Shown here piece after piece: positions 12,401-24,440 of a DNA stretch of 64,000 bases. The stretch lies in the NCBI RefSeq assembly GCF_009914755.1, contig NC_060935.1; one strand, written 5' to 3'. The position numbers were made by a program, and so were the translations under genes. The notes below the pieces were generated by a model that had not been told where the DNA came from, searched no databases, and worked only from the letters and a program-made list of their open reading frames with translations. Origin of the DNA: the human T2T-CHM13v2.0 reference genome, Homo sapiens. Numbering within the stretch: the stretch's first letter is position 1; each line of letters starts with the position of its first letter.

Positions 12401-15400
12401 TTCCCAGAACTACAGGGAAGCATTGTGAGAAACTTCTTTGTGATGTTTGCATTCAACTCACAGAGTTGAACCTTGCTTTCATAGTTCAGCTTTCAAACAC
12501 TCTTTTTGTAGAATCTGCAAGTGCATATTTGGACCACTTTGTGGCCTTCCTTCGAAACGGGTATATCTTCACATCAAACCTAGACAGAAGCATTCTCAGA
12601 ATGTTTCCTGTGATGACTGCATTCAACTCACAGAGGTGAACAATCCTGTTGATGGAGCACTTTTGAAACTCTCTTTCTTTGGATTCTGCAAGTTGATATG
12701 TGGACCTCTGTGAAGATTTCGTTGGAAACGGGTTCATCTTCACAGAAAAACTAAACAGAAGCATTCTCAGAAACTACTTTGTGATGTTTGTGTTCCACTT
12801 CAAGAATTGAACTTTCCTCTTGACAGAGCAGCTCTGAAACCCTCTTTTTCTAGAATCTGAAAGTGGACATTTGGAGGGCTTTGAGGCCTGTGGTGGAAAA
12901 GGAAAATCTTCACATAAAAACTAGATGGAAGCATTCTCAGAAACTACTTTGTGATGATTGCATTCGTCTCACAGAGTTGAACATTCCTATAGATAGAGCA
13001 GGTTGTAAACAATCTTTTTGTAGAATCTGCGATTGGAGATTTGGACTGCTTTGAGGTCTACTGTAGTAAAGGAAATAACTTCATCTAAAAACCAAACGGA
13101 AGCATTCACAGACAATTCTTAGTGATCATTGCATTGAACTAACAGAGCTGAACATTCCTTTAGATGGCGCAGTTTCCAAACACACTTTCTGTAGAATCTG
13201 CAAGTGGATATTTGGACCTCTCTGAGGATTTCGTTGGAAACGGGATAAACTTCCCAGAACTACACGGAAGCATGCTGAGAAACTTCTTTGAGATGTTTGC
13301 ATTCAACTCACAGAGTTGAACCTTGCTTTCATAGTTCAGCTTTCAAACACTCTTTTTGTAGAATCTGCAAGTGGATATTTGGACCACTTTGTGGCCTTCC
13401 TTCGAAACGGGTATATCTTCACATCAAACCTAGACAGAAGCATTCTCAGAATGTTTCCTGTGATGACTGCATTCAACTCACAGAGGTGAACAATCCTGCT
13501 GATGGAGCAATTTTGAAACTCTCTTTCTTTGGATTCTGCAAGTGGATATGTGGACCTCTGTGAAGATTTCGTTGGAAACGGGTTCATCTTCACAGAAAAA
13601 CTAAACAGAAGCATTCTCAGAAACTGCTTTGTGATGTTTGTGTTCCACTTCAGGAATTGAACTTTCCTCTTGACAGAGCAGCTCTGAAACCCTCTTATTC
13701 TAGAATCTGCAAGTGGACATTTGGAGGGCTTTGAGGCCTGTGGTGGAAAAGGAAAATCTTCACATAAAAACTAGATGGAAGCATTCTCAGAAACTACTTT
13801 GTGATGATTGCATTCGACTCACAGAGTTGAACATTCCTATAGATAGAGCAGGTTGTAAACAATCTTTTGTAGAATCTGCGATTGGAGATTTGGACTGCTT
13901 TGAGGCCTACTGTAGTAAAGGAAATAACTTCATCTAAAAACCAAACGGAAGCATTCACAGACAATTCTTAGTTTTCATTGCATTGAACTAACAGAGCTGA
14001 ACATTCCTTTAGATGGCGCAGTTTCCAAACACACTTTCTGTAGAATCTGCAAGTGGATATTTGGACTTCTCTGAGGATTTCGTTGGAAACGGGATAAACT
14101 TCCCAGAACTACACGGAAGCATTGTGAGAAACTTCTTTGTGATGTTTGCATTCAACTCACAGAGTTGAAACTTGCTTTCATAGTTCAGCTTTCAAACACT
14201 CTTTTTGTAGAATCTGCAAGTGGATATTTGGACCACTTTGTGGCCTTCCTTCGAAACGGGTATATCTTCACATCAAACCTAGACATAAGCATTCTCAGAA
14301 TGTTTCCTGTGAAGACTGCATTCAACTCACAGAGATGAACAATCCTGTTGATGGAGCACTTTGGAAACTCTCTTTCTTTGGATTCTGCAAGTTGATATGT
14401 GGACCTCTGTGAAGATTTCGTTGGAAACGGGTTCATCTTCACAGAAAAACTAAACAGAAGCATTCTCAAAAACTACTTTGTGATGTTTGTGTTCCACTTC
14501 AAGAATTGAACTTTCCTCTTGACAGAGCAGTTCTGAAAACCTCTTTTTCTAGAATCTGCAAGTGGACATTTGGAGGGCTTTGAGGCCTGTGGTGGAAAAG
14601 GAAAATCTTCACATAAAAACTAGATGGAAGCATTCTCAGAAACTACTTTGTGATGATTGCATTCGACTCACAGAGTTGAACATTCCTATAGATAGAGCAG
14701 GTTGTAAACAATCTTTTTGTAGAATCTGCGATTGGAGATTCGGACTGCTTTGAGGCCTACTGTAGTAAAGGAAATAACTTCATCTAAAAACCAAACGGAA
14801 GCATTCACAGACAATTCTTAGTGATCATTGCATTGAACTAACAGAGCTGAACATTCCTTTACATGGCGCAGTTTCCAAACACACTTTCTGTAGAATCTGC
14901 AAGTGGATATTTGGACCTCTCTGAGGATTTCGTTGGAAACGGGATAAACTTCCCAGAACTACACGGAAGCATGCTGAGAAACTTCTTTGTGATGTTTGCA
15001 TTCAACTCACAGAGTTGAACCTTGCTTTCATAGTTCAGCTTTCAAACACTTTTTTTGTAGAATCTGCAAGTGGATATTTGGACCACTTTGTGGCCTTCCT
15101 TCGAAACGGGTATATCTTCACATCAAACCTAGACAGAAGCATTCTCAGAATGTTTCCTGTGATGACTGCATTCAACTCACAGAGGTGAACAATCCTGCTG
15201 ATGGAGGAGTTTTGAAACTCTCTTTCTTTGGATTCTGCAAGTGGATATGTGGACCTCTGTGAAGATTTCGTTGGAAACGGGTTCATCTTCACAGAAAAAC
15301 TAAACAGAAGCATTCTCAGAAACTGCTTTGTGATGTTTGTGTTCCACTTCAGGAATTGAACTTTCCTCTTGACAGAGCAGCTCTGAAACCCTCTTATTCT

Positions 15401-17295
15401 AGAATCTGCAAGTGGACATTTGGAGGGCTTGAGGCCTGTGGTGGAAAAGGAAAATCTTCACATAAAAACTAGATGGAAGCATTCTCAGAAACTACTTTGT
15501 GATGATTGCATTCGACTCACAGAGTTGAACATTCCTATAGATAGAGCAGGTTGTAAACAATCTTTTTCTAGAATCTGCTATTGGAGATTTGGACTCCTTT
15601 GAGGCCTACTGTAGTAAAGGAAATAACTTCATCTAAAAACCAAACGGAAGCATTCACAGACAATTCTCAGGATCATTGGATTGAACTAACAGAGCTGAAC
15701 ATTCCTTTAGATGGAGCAGTTTCCAAACACACTTTCTGTAGAATCTGCAAGTGGATATTTGGACTTCTCTGAGAATTTCGTTGGAAAAGGGATAAACTTC
15801 CCAGAACTACACGGAAGCATTGTGAGAAACTTCTTTGTGATGTTTGCATTCAACTCACAGAGTTGAACCTTGCTTTCATAGTTCAGCTTTCAAACACTCT
15901 TTTTGTAGAATCTGCAAGTGGATATTTGGACCACTTTGTGGCCTTCCTTCGAAACGGGTATATCTTCACATCAAACCTAGACAGAAGCATTCTCAGAATG
16001 TTTCCTGTGATGACTGCATTCAACTCACAGAGGTGAACAATCCTGCTGATGGAGCAGTTTTGAAACTCTCTTTCTTTGGATTCTGCATGTGGATATGTTG
16101 ACCGCTGTGAAGATTTCGTTGGAAACGGGTTCATCTTCACAGAAAAACTAAACAGGAGCATTCTCAGAAACTGCTTTGTGATGTTTGTGTTCCACTTCAA
16201 GAATTGAACTTTCCTCTTGACAGAGCAGCTCTGAAACCCTCTTTTTCTAGAATCTGCAAGTGGACATTTGGAAGGATTTGAGGCCTGTGGTGGAAAAGGA
16301 AAATCTTCACATAAAAACTAGATGGAAGCATTCTCAGAAACTACTTTGTGATGATTGCATTCGACTCACAGAGTTGAACATTCCTATAGATAGAGCAGGT
16401 TGTAAACAATCTTTTTGTAGAATCTGCGATTGGAGATTTGGACTGCTTTGAGGCCTACTGTAGTAAAGGAAATAACTTCATCTAAAAACCAAACGGAAGC
16501 ATTTACAGACAATTCTTAGTGATCATTGGATTGAACTAACAGAGCTGAACATTCCTTTAGATGGAGCAGTTTCCAAACCCACTTTCTGTAGAATCTGCAA
16601 GTGGATATTTGGACTTCTCTGAGGATTTCGTTGGAAACGGGATAAACTTCCCAGAACTACAGGGAAGCATTGTGAGAAACTTCTTTGTGATGTTTGCATT
16701 CAACTCACAGAGTTGAACCTTGCTTTCATAGTTCAGCTTTCAAACACTCTTTTTGTAGAATCTGCAAGTGCATATTTGGACCACTTTGTGGCCTTCCTTC
16801 GAAACGGGTATATCTTCACATCAAACCTAGACAGAAGCATTCTCAGAATGTTTCCTGTGATGACTGCATTCAACTCACAGAGGTGAACAATCCTGTTGAT
16901 GGAGCACTTTTGAAACTCTCTTTCTTTGGATTCTGCAAGTTGATATGTGGACCTCTGTGAAGATTTCGTTGGAAACGGGTTCATCTTCACAGAAAAACTA
17001 AACAGAAGCATTCTCAGAAACTACTTTGTGATGTTTGTGTTCCACTTCAAGAATTGAACTTTCCTCTTGACAGAGCAGCTCTGAAACCCTCTTTTTCTAG
17101 AATCTGAAAGTGGACATTTGGAGGGCTTTGAGGCCTGTGGTGGAAAAGGAAAATCTTCACATAAAAACTAGATGGAAGCATTCTCAGAAACTACTTTGTG
17201 ATGATTGCATTCGTCTCACAGAGTTGAACATTCCTATAGATAGAGCAGGTTGTAAACAATCTTTTTGTAGAATCTGCGATTGGAGATTTGGACTG
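9451..17295 (+). repeat. Tandem super-repeat of 5 HORs, period 4247 bp (~1.85 copies)
   Basis: Three 1-bp deletions (~9620, ~11181, ~11423) and many SNVs recur at +4247. Matching ORF pairs include 9466/13713, 11173/15420 and 12447/16694. Confidence 0.92.
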
Positions 17296-20200
17296 CTTGG
17301 AGGCCTACTGTAGTAAAGTAAATAACTTCATCTAAAAACCAAACGGAAGCATTCACAGACAATTCTTAGTGATCATTGCATTGAACTAACAGAGCTGAAC
17401 ATTCCTTTAGATGGCGCAGTTTCCAAACACACTTTCTGTAGAATCTGCAAGTGGATATTTGGACTTCTCTGAGGATTTCGTGGGAAACGGGATAAACTTC
17501 CCAGAACTACACGGAAGCATTGTGAGAAACTTCTTTGTGATGTTTGCATTCAACTCACAGAGTTGAACCTTGCTTTCATAGTTCAGCTTTCAAACACTCT
17601 TTTTGTAGAATCTGCAAGTGGATATTTGGACCACTTTGTGGCCTTCCTTCGAAACGGGTATATCTTCACATCAAACCTAGACAGAAGCATTCTCAGAATG
17701 TTTCCTGTGATGACTGCATTCAACTCACAGAGGTGAACAATCCTGCTGATGGAGCAGTTTTGAAACTCTCTTTCTTTGGATTCTGCAAGTGGATATGTGG
17801 ACCTCTGTGAAGATTTCATTGGAAACGGGTTTATCTTCACAGAAAAACTAAACAGAAGCATTCTCAGAAACTGCTTTGTGATGTTTGTGTTCCACTTCAA
17901 GAATTGAACTTTCCTCTTGACAGAGCAGCTCTGAAACCCTCTTTTTCTAGAATCTGCAAGTGGACATTTGGAGGGCTTTGAGGCCTGTGTGGAAAAGGAA
18001 AATCTTCACATAAAAACTAGATGGAAGCATTCTCAGAAACTACTTTGCGATGATTGCATTCGACTCACAGAGTTGAACATTCCTATAGATAGAGCAGGTT
18101 GTAAACAATCTTTTTGTAGAATCTGCGATTGGAGATTTGGACTGCTTTGAGGCCTACTGTAGTAAAGGAAATAACTTCATCTAAAAACCAAACGGAAGCA
18201 TTCACAGACAATTCTTAGTGATCATTGGATTGAACTAACAGAGCTGAACACTCCTTTAGATGGAGCAGTTTCCAAACCCACTTTCTGTAGAATCTGCAAG
18301 TGGATATTTGGACTTCTCTGAGGATTTCGTTGGAAACGGGATAAACTTCCCAGAACTACACGGAAGCATTGTGAGAAACTTCTTTGTGATGTTTGCATTC
18401 AACTCACAGAGTTGAACCTTGTTTTCATAGTTCAGCTTTCAAACACTCTTTTTGTAGAATCTGCAAGTGGATATTTGGACCACTTTGTGGCCTTCCTTCG
18501 AAACGGGTATATCTTCACATCAAACCTAGACAGAAACATTCTCAGAATGTTTCCTGTGATGACTGCATTCAACTCACAGAGGTGAACAATCCTGTTGATG
18601 GAGCACTTTTGAAACTCTCTTTCTTTGGATTCTGCAAGTTGATATGTGGACCTCTGTGAAGATTTCGTTGGAAACGGGTTCATCTTCACAGAAAAATTAA
18701 ACAGAAGCATTCTCAGAAACTACTTTGTGATGTTTGTGTTCCACTTCAAGAATTGAACTTTCCTCTTGACAGAGCAGCTCTGAAACCCTCTTTTTCTAGA
18801 ATCTGCAAGTGGACATTTGGAGGGCTTTGAGGCCTGTGGTGGAAAAGGAAAATCTTCACATAAAAACTAGATGGAAGCATTCTCAGAAACTACTTTGTGA
18901 TGATTGCATTCGACTCACAGAGTTGAACATTCCTATAGATAGAGCAGGTTGTAAACAATCTTTTTGTAGAATCTGCGATTGGAGATTTTGATTGCTTTGA
19001 GGCCTACTGTAGTAAAGGAAATAACTTCATCTAAAAACCAAACGGAAGCATTCACAGAAAATTCTTAGTGATCATTGCATTGAACTAACAGAGGTGAACA
19101 TTCCTTTAGATGGCGCAGTTTCCAAACACACTTTCTGTAGAATCTGCAAGTGGATATTTGGACCTCTCTGAGGATTTCGTTGGAAACGGGATAAACTTCC
19201 CAGAACTACACGGAAGCATTGTGAGAAACTTCTTTGTGATGTTTGCATTCAACTCACAGAGTTGAACCTTGCTTTCATAGTTCAGCTTTCAAACACTCTT
19301 TTTGTAGAATCTGCAAGTGGATATTTGGACCACTTTGTGGCCTTCCTTCGAAACGGGTATATCTTCCCATCAAACCTAGACAGAAGCATTCTCAGAATGT
19401 TTCCTGTGATGACTGCATTCAACTCACAGAGGTGAACAATCCTGTTGATGGAGCACTTTTGAAACTCTCTTTCTTTGGATTCTGGAAGTTGATATGTGGA
19501 CCTCTGTGAAGATTTCGTTGGAAACGGGTTCATCTTCACAGAAAAACTAAACAGAAGCATTCTCAGAAACTACTTTGTGATGTTTGTGTTCCACTTCTAG
19601 AATTGAACTTTCCTCTTGACAGAGCAGCTCTGAAACCCTCTTTTTCTAGAATCTGCAAGTGGACATTTGGAGGGCTTTGAGGCCTGTGGTGGAAAAGGAA
19701 AATCTTCACATAAAAACTAGATGGAAGCATTCTCAGAAACTACTTTGTGATGATTGCATTCGACTCACAGAGTTGAACATTCCTATAGATAGAGCAGGTT
19801 GTAAACAATCTTTTTGTAGAATCTGCGATTGGAGATTTGGACTGCTTTGAGGCCTACTGTAGTAAAGGAAATAACTTCATCTAAAAACCAAACGGAAGCA
19901 TTCACAGACAATTCTTAGTGATCATTGCATTGAACTAACAGAGCTGAACATTCCTTTAGATGGCGCAGTTTCCAAACACACTTTCTGTAGAATCTTCAAG
20001 TGGATATTTGGACTTCTCTGAGGATTTCGTTGGAAACGGGATAAACTTCCCAGAACTACACGGAAGCATTGTGAGAAACTTCTTTGTGATGTTTGCATTC
20101 AACTCACAGAGTTGAACCTTGCTTTCATAGTTCAGCTTTCAAACACTCTTTTTGTAGAATCTGCAAGTGGATATTTGGACCACTTTGTGGCCTTCCTTCG

Positions 20201-22622
20201 AAACGGGTATATCTTCCCATCAAATCTAGACAGAAGCATTCTCAGAATGTTTCCTGTGATGACTGCATTCAACTCACAGAGGTGAACAATCATGTTGATG
20301 GAGCACTTTTGAAACTCTCTTTCTTTGGATTCTGCAAGTTGATATGTGGACCTCTGTGAAGATTTCGTTGGAAACGGGTTCATCTTCACAGAAAAACTAA
20401 ACAGAAGCATTCTCAGAAACTACTTTGTGATGTTTGTGTTCCACTTCTAGAATTGAAGTTTCCTCTTGACAGAGCAGCTCTGAAACCCTCTTTTTCTAGA
20501 ATCTGCAAGTGGACATTTGGAGGGCTTTGAGGCCTGTGGTGGAAAAGGAAAATCTTCACATAAAAACTAGATGGAAGCATTCTCAGAAACTACTTTGTGA
20601 TGATTGCATTCGACTCACAGAGTTGAACATTCCTATAGATAGAGCCCGTTGTAAACAATCTTTTTGTAGAATCTGCGATTGGAGATTTGGACTGCTTTGA
20701 GGCCTACTGTAGTAAAGGAAATAACTTCATCTAAAAACCAAACGGAAGCATTCACAGACAATTCTTAGTGATCATTGCATTGAACTAACAGAGCTGAACA
20801 TTCCTTTAGATGGCGCAGTTTCCAAACACACTTTCTGTAGAATGTGCAAGTGGATATTTGGAGCTCTCTGAGGATTTCGTTGGAAACGGGATAAACTTCC
20901 CAGAACTACACGGAAGCATGCTGAGAAACTTCTTTGTGATGTTTGCATTCAACTCACAGAGTTGAACCTTGCTTTCATAGTTCAGCTTTCAAACACTCTT
21001 TTTGTAGAATCTGCAAGTGGATATTTGGACCACTTTGTGGCCTTCCTTCGAAACGGGTATATCTTCACATCAAACCTAGACAGAAGCATTCTCAGAATGT
21101 TTCCTGTGATGACTGCATTCAACTCACAGAGGTGAACAATCCTGCTGATGGAGCAATTTTGAAACTCTCTTTCTTTGGATTCTGCAAGTGGATATGTGGA
21201 CCTCTGTGAAGATTTCGTTGGAAACGGGTTCATCTTCACAGAAAAACTAAACAGAAGCATTCTCAGAAACTGCTTTGTGATGTTTGTGTTCCACTTCAGG
21301 AATTGAACTTTCCTCTTGACAGAGCAGCTCTGAAACCCTCTTATTCTAGAATCTGCAAGTGGACATTTGGAGGGCTTTGAGGCCTGTGGTGGAAAAGGAA
21401 AATCTTCACATAAAAACTAGATGGAAGCATTCTCAGAAACTACTTTGTGATGATTGCATTCGACTCACAGAGTTGAACATTCCTATAGATAGAGCAGGTT
21501 GTAAACAATCTTTTTGTAGAATCTGCGATTGGAGATTTGGACTGCTTTGAGGCCTACTGTAGTAAAGGAAATAACTTCATCTAAAAACCAAACGGAAGCA
21601 TTCACAGACAATTCTTAGTGATCATTGCATTGAACTAACAGAGCTGAACATTCCTTTAGATGGCGCAGTTTCCAAACACACTTTCTGTAGAATCTGCAAG
21701 TGGATATTTGGACTTCTCTGAGGATTTCGTTGGAAACGGGATAAACTTCCCAGAACTACACGGAAGCATTGTGAGAAACTTCTTTGTGATGTTTGCATTC
21801 AACTCACAGAGTTGAAACTTGCTTTCATAGTTCAGCTTTCAAACACTCTTTTTGTAGAATCTGCAAGTGGATATTTGGACCACTTTATGGCCTTCCTTCG
21901 AAACGGGTATATCTTCACATCAAACCTAGACATAAGCATTCTCAGAATGTTTCCTGTGAAGACTGCATTCAACTCACAGAGATGAACAATCCTGTTGATG
22001 GAGCACTTTGGAAACTCTCTTTCTTTGGATTCTGCAAGTTGATATGTGGACCTCTGTGAAGATTTCGTTGGAAACGGGTTCATCTTCACAGAAAAACTAA
22101 ACAGAAGCATTCTCAAAAACTACTTTGTGATGTTTGTGTTCCACTTCAAGAATTGAACTTTCCTCTTGACAGAGCAGTTCTGAAAACCTCTTTTTCTAGA
22201 ATCTGCAAGTGGACATTTGGAGGGCTTTGAGGCCTGTGGTGGAAAAGGAAAATCTTCACATAAAAACTAGATGGAAGCATTCTCAGAAACTACTTTGTGA
22301 TGATTGCATTCGACTCACAGAGTTGAACATTCCTATAGATAGAGCAGGTTGTAAACAATCTTTTTGTAGAATCTGCGATTGGAGATTCGGACTGCTTTGA
22401 GGCCTACTGTAGTAAAGGAAATAACTTCATCTAAAAACCAAACGGAAGCATTCACAGACAATTCTTAGTGATCATTGCATTGAACTAACAGAGCTGAACA
22501 TTCCTTTACATGGCGCAGTTTCCAAACACACTTTCTGTAGAATCTGCAAGTGGATATTTGGACCTCTCTGAGGATTTCGTTGGAAACGGGATAAACTTCC
22601 CAGAACTACACGGAAGCATGCT

Positions 22623-24440
22623 GAGAAACTTCTTTGTGATGTTTGCATTCAACTCACAGAGTTGAACCTTGCTTTCATAGTTCAGCTTTCAAACACTCTT
22701 TTTGTAGAATCTGCAAGTGGATATTTGGACCACTTTGTGGCCTTCCTTCGAAACGGGTATATCTTCACATCAAACCTAGACAGAAGCATTCTCAGAATGT
22801 TTCCTGTGATGACTGCATTCAACTCACAGAGGTGAACAATCCTGCTGATGGAGCAGTTTTGAAACTCTCTTTCTTTGGATTCTGCATGTGGATATGTTGA
22901 CCTCTGTGAAGATTTCGTTGGAAACGGGTTCATCTTCACAGAAAAACTAAACAGGAGCATTCTCAGAAACTGCTTTGTGATGTTTGTGTTCCACTTCAAG
23001 AATTGAACTTTCCTCTTGACAGAGCAGCTCTGAAACCCTCTTTTTCTAGAATCTGCAAGTGGACATTTGGAAGGATTTGAGGCCTGTGGTGGAAAAGGAA
23101 AATCTTCACATAAAAACTAGATGGAAGCATTCTCAGAAACTACTTTGTGATGATTGCATTCGACTCACAGAGTTGAACATTCCTATAGATAGAGCAGGTT
23201 GTAAACAATCCTTTTGTAGAATCTGCGATTGGAGATTTGGACTGCTTTGAGGCCTACTGTAGTAAAGGAAATAACTTCATCTAAAAACCAAACGGAAGCA
23301 TTTACAGACAATTCTTAGTGATCATTGGATTGAACTAACAGAGCTGAACATTCCTTTAGATGGAGCAGTTTCCAAACACACTTTCTGTAGAATCTGCAAG
23401 TGGATATTTGGACTTCTCTGAGGATTTCGTTGGAAACGGGATAAACTTCCCAGAACTACAGGGAAGCATTGTGAGAAACTTCTTTGTGATGTTTGCATTC
23501 AACTCACAGAGTTGAACCTTGCTTTCATAGTTCAGCTTTCAAACACTCTTTTTGTAGAATCTGCAAGTGGATATTTGGACCACTTTGTGGCCTTCCTTCG
23601 AAACGGGTATATCTTCACATCAAACCTAGACAGAAGCATTCTCAGAATGTTTCCTGTGATGACTGCATTCAACTCACAGAGGTGAACAATCCTGCTGATG
23701 GAGCAGTTTTGAAACTCTCTTTCTTCGGATTCTGCATGTGGATATGTTGACCTCTGTGAAGATTTCGTTGGAAACGGGTTCATCTTCACAGAAAAACTAA
23801 ACAGGAGCATTCTCAGAAACTGCTTTGTGATGTTTGTGTTCCACTTCAAGAATTGAACTTTCCTCTTGACAGAGCAGCTCTGAAACCCTCTTTTTCTAGA
23901 ATCTGCAAGTGGACATTTGGAAGGATTTGAGGCCTGTGGTGGAAAAGGAAAATCTTCACATAAAAACTAGATGGAAGCATTCTCAGAAACTACTTTGTGA
24001 TGATTGCATTCGACTCACAGAGTTGAACATTCCTATAGATAGAGCAGGTTGTAAACAATCCTTTTGTAGAATCTGCGATTGGAGATTTGGACTGCTTTGA
24101 GGCCTACTGTAGTAAAGGAAATAACTTCATCTAAAAACCAAACGGAAGCATTTACAGACAATTCTTAGTGATCATTGGATTGAACTAACAGAGCTGAACA
24201 TTCCTTTAGATGGAGCAGTTTCCAAACCCACTTTCTGTAGAATCTGCAAGTCGATATTTGGACTTCTCTGAGGATTTCGTTGGAAACGGGATAAACTTCC
24301 CAGAACTACAGGGAAGCATTGTGAGAAACTTCTTTGTGATGTTTGCATTCAACTCACAGAGTTGAACCTTGCTTTCATAGTTCAGCTTTCAAACACTCTT
24401 TTTGTAGAATCTGCAAGTGGATATTTGGACCACTTTGTGG
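22623..24440 (+). repeat. Single-HOR (850 bp) tandem duplication
   Basis: TGCATGTGGATATGTTGA at ~22883/23733, AAGGATTTGA at 23071/23921, CTTTTGTAGA at 23211/24061 and TTTACAGACA at 23301/24151. Confidence 0.85.
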
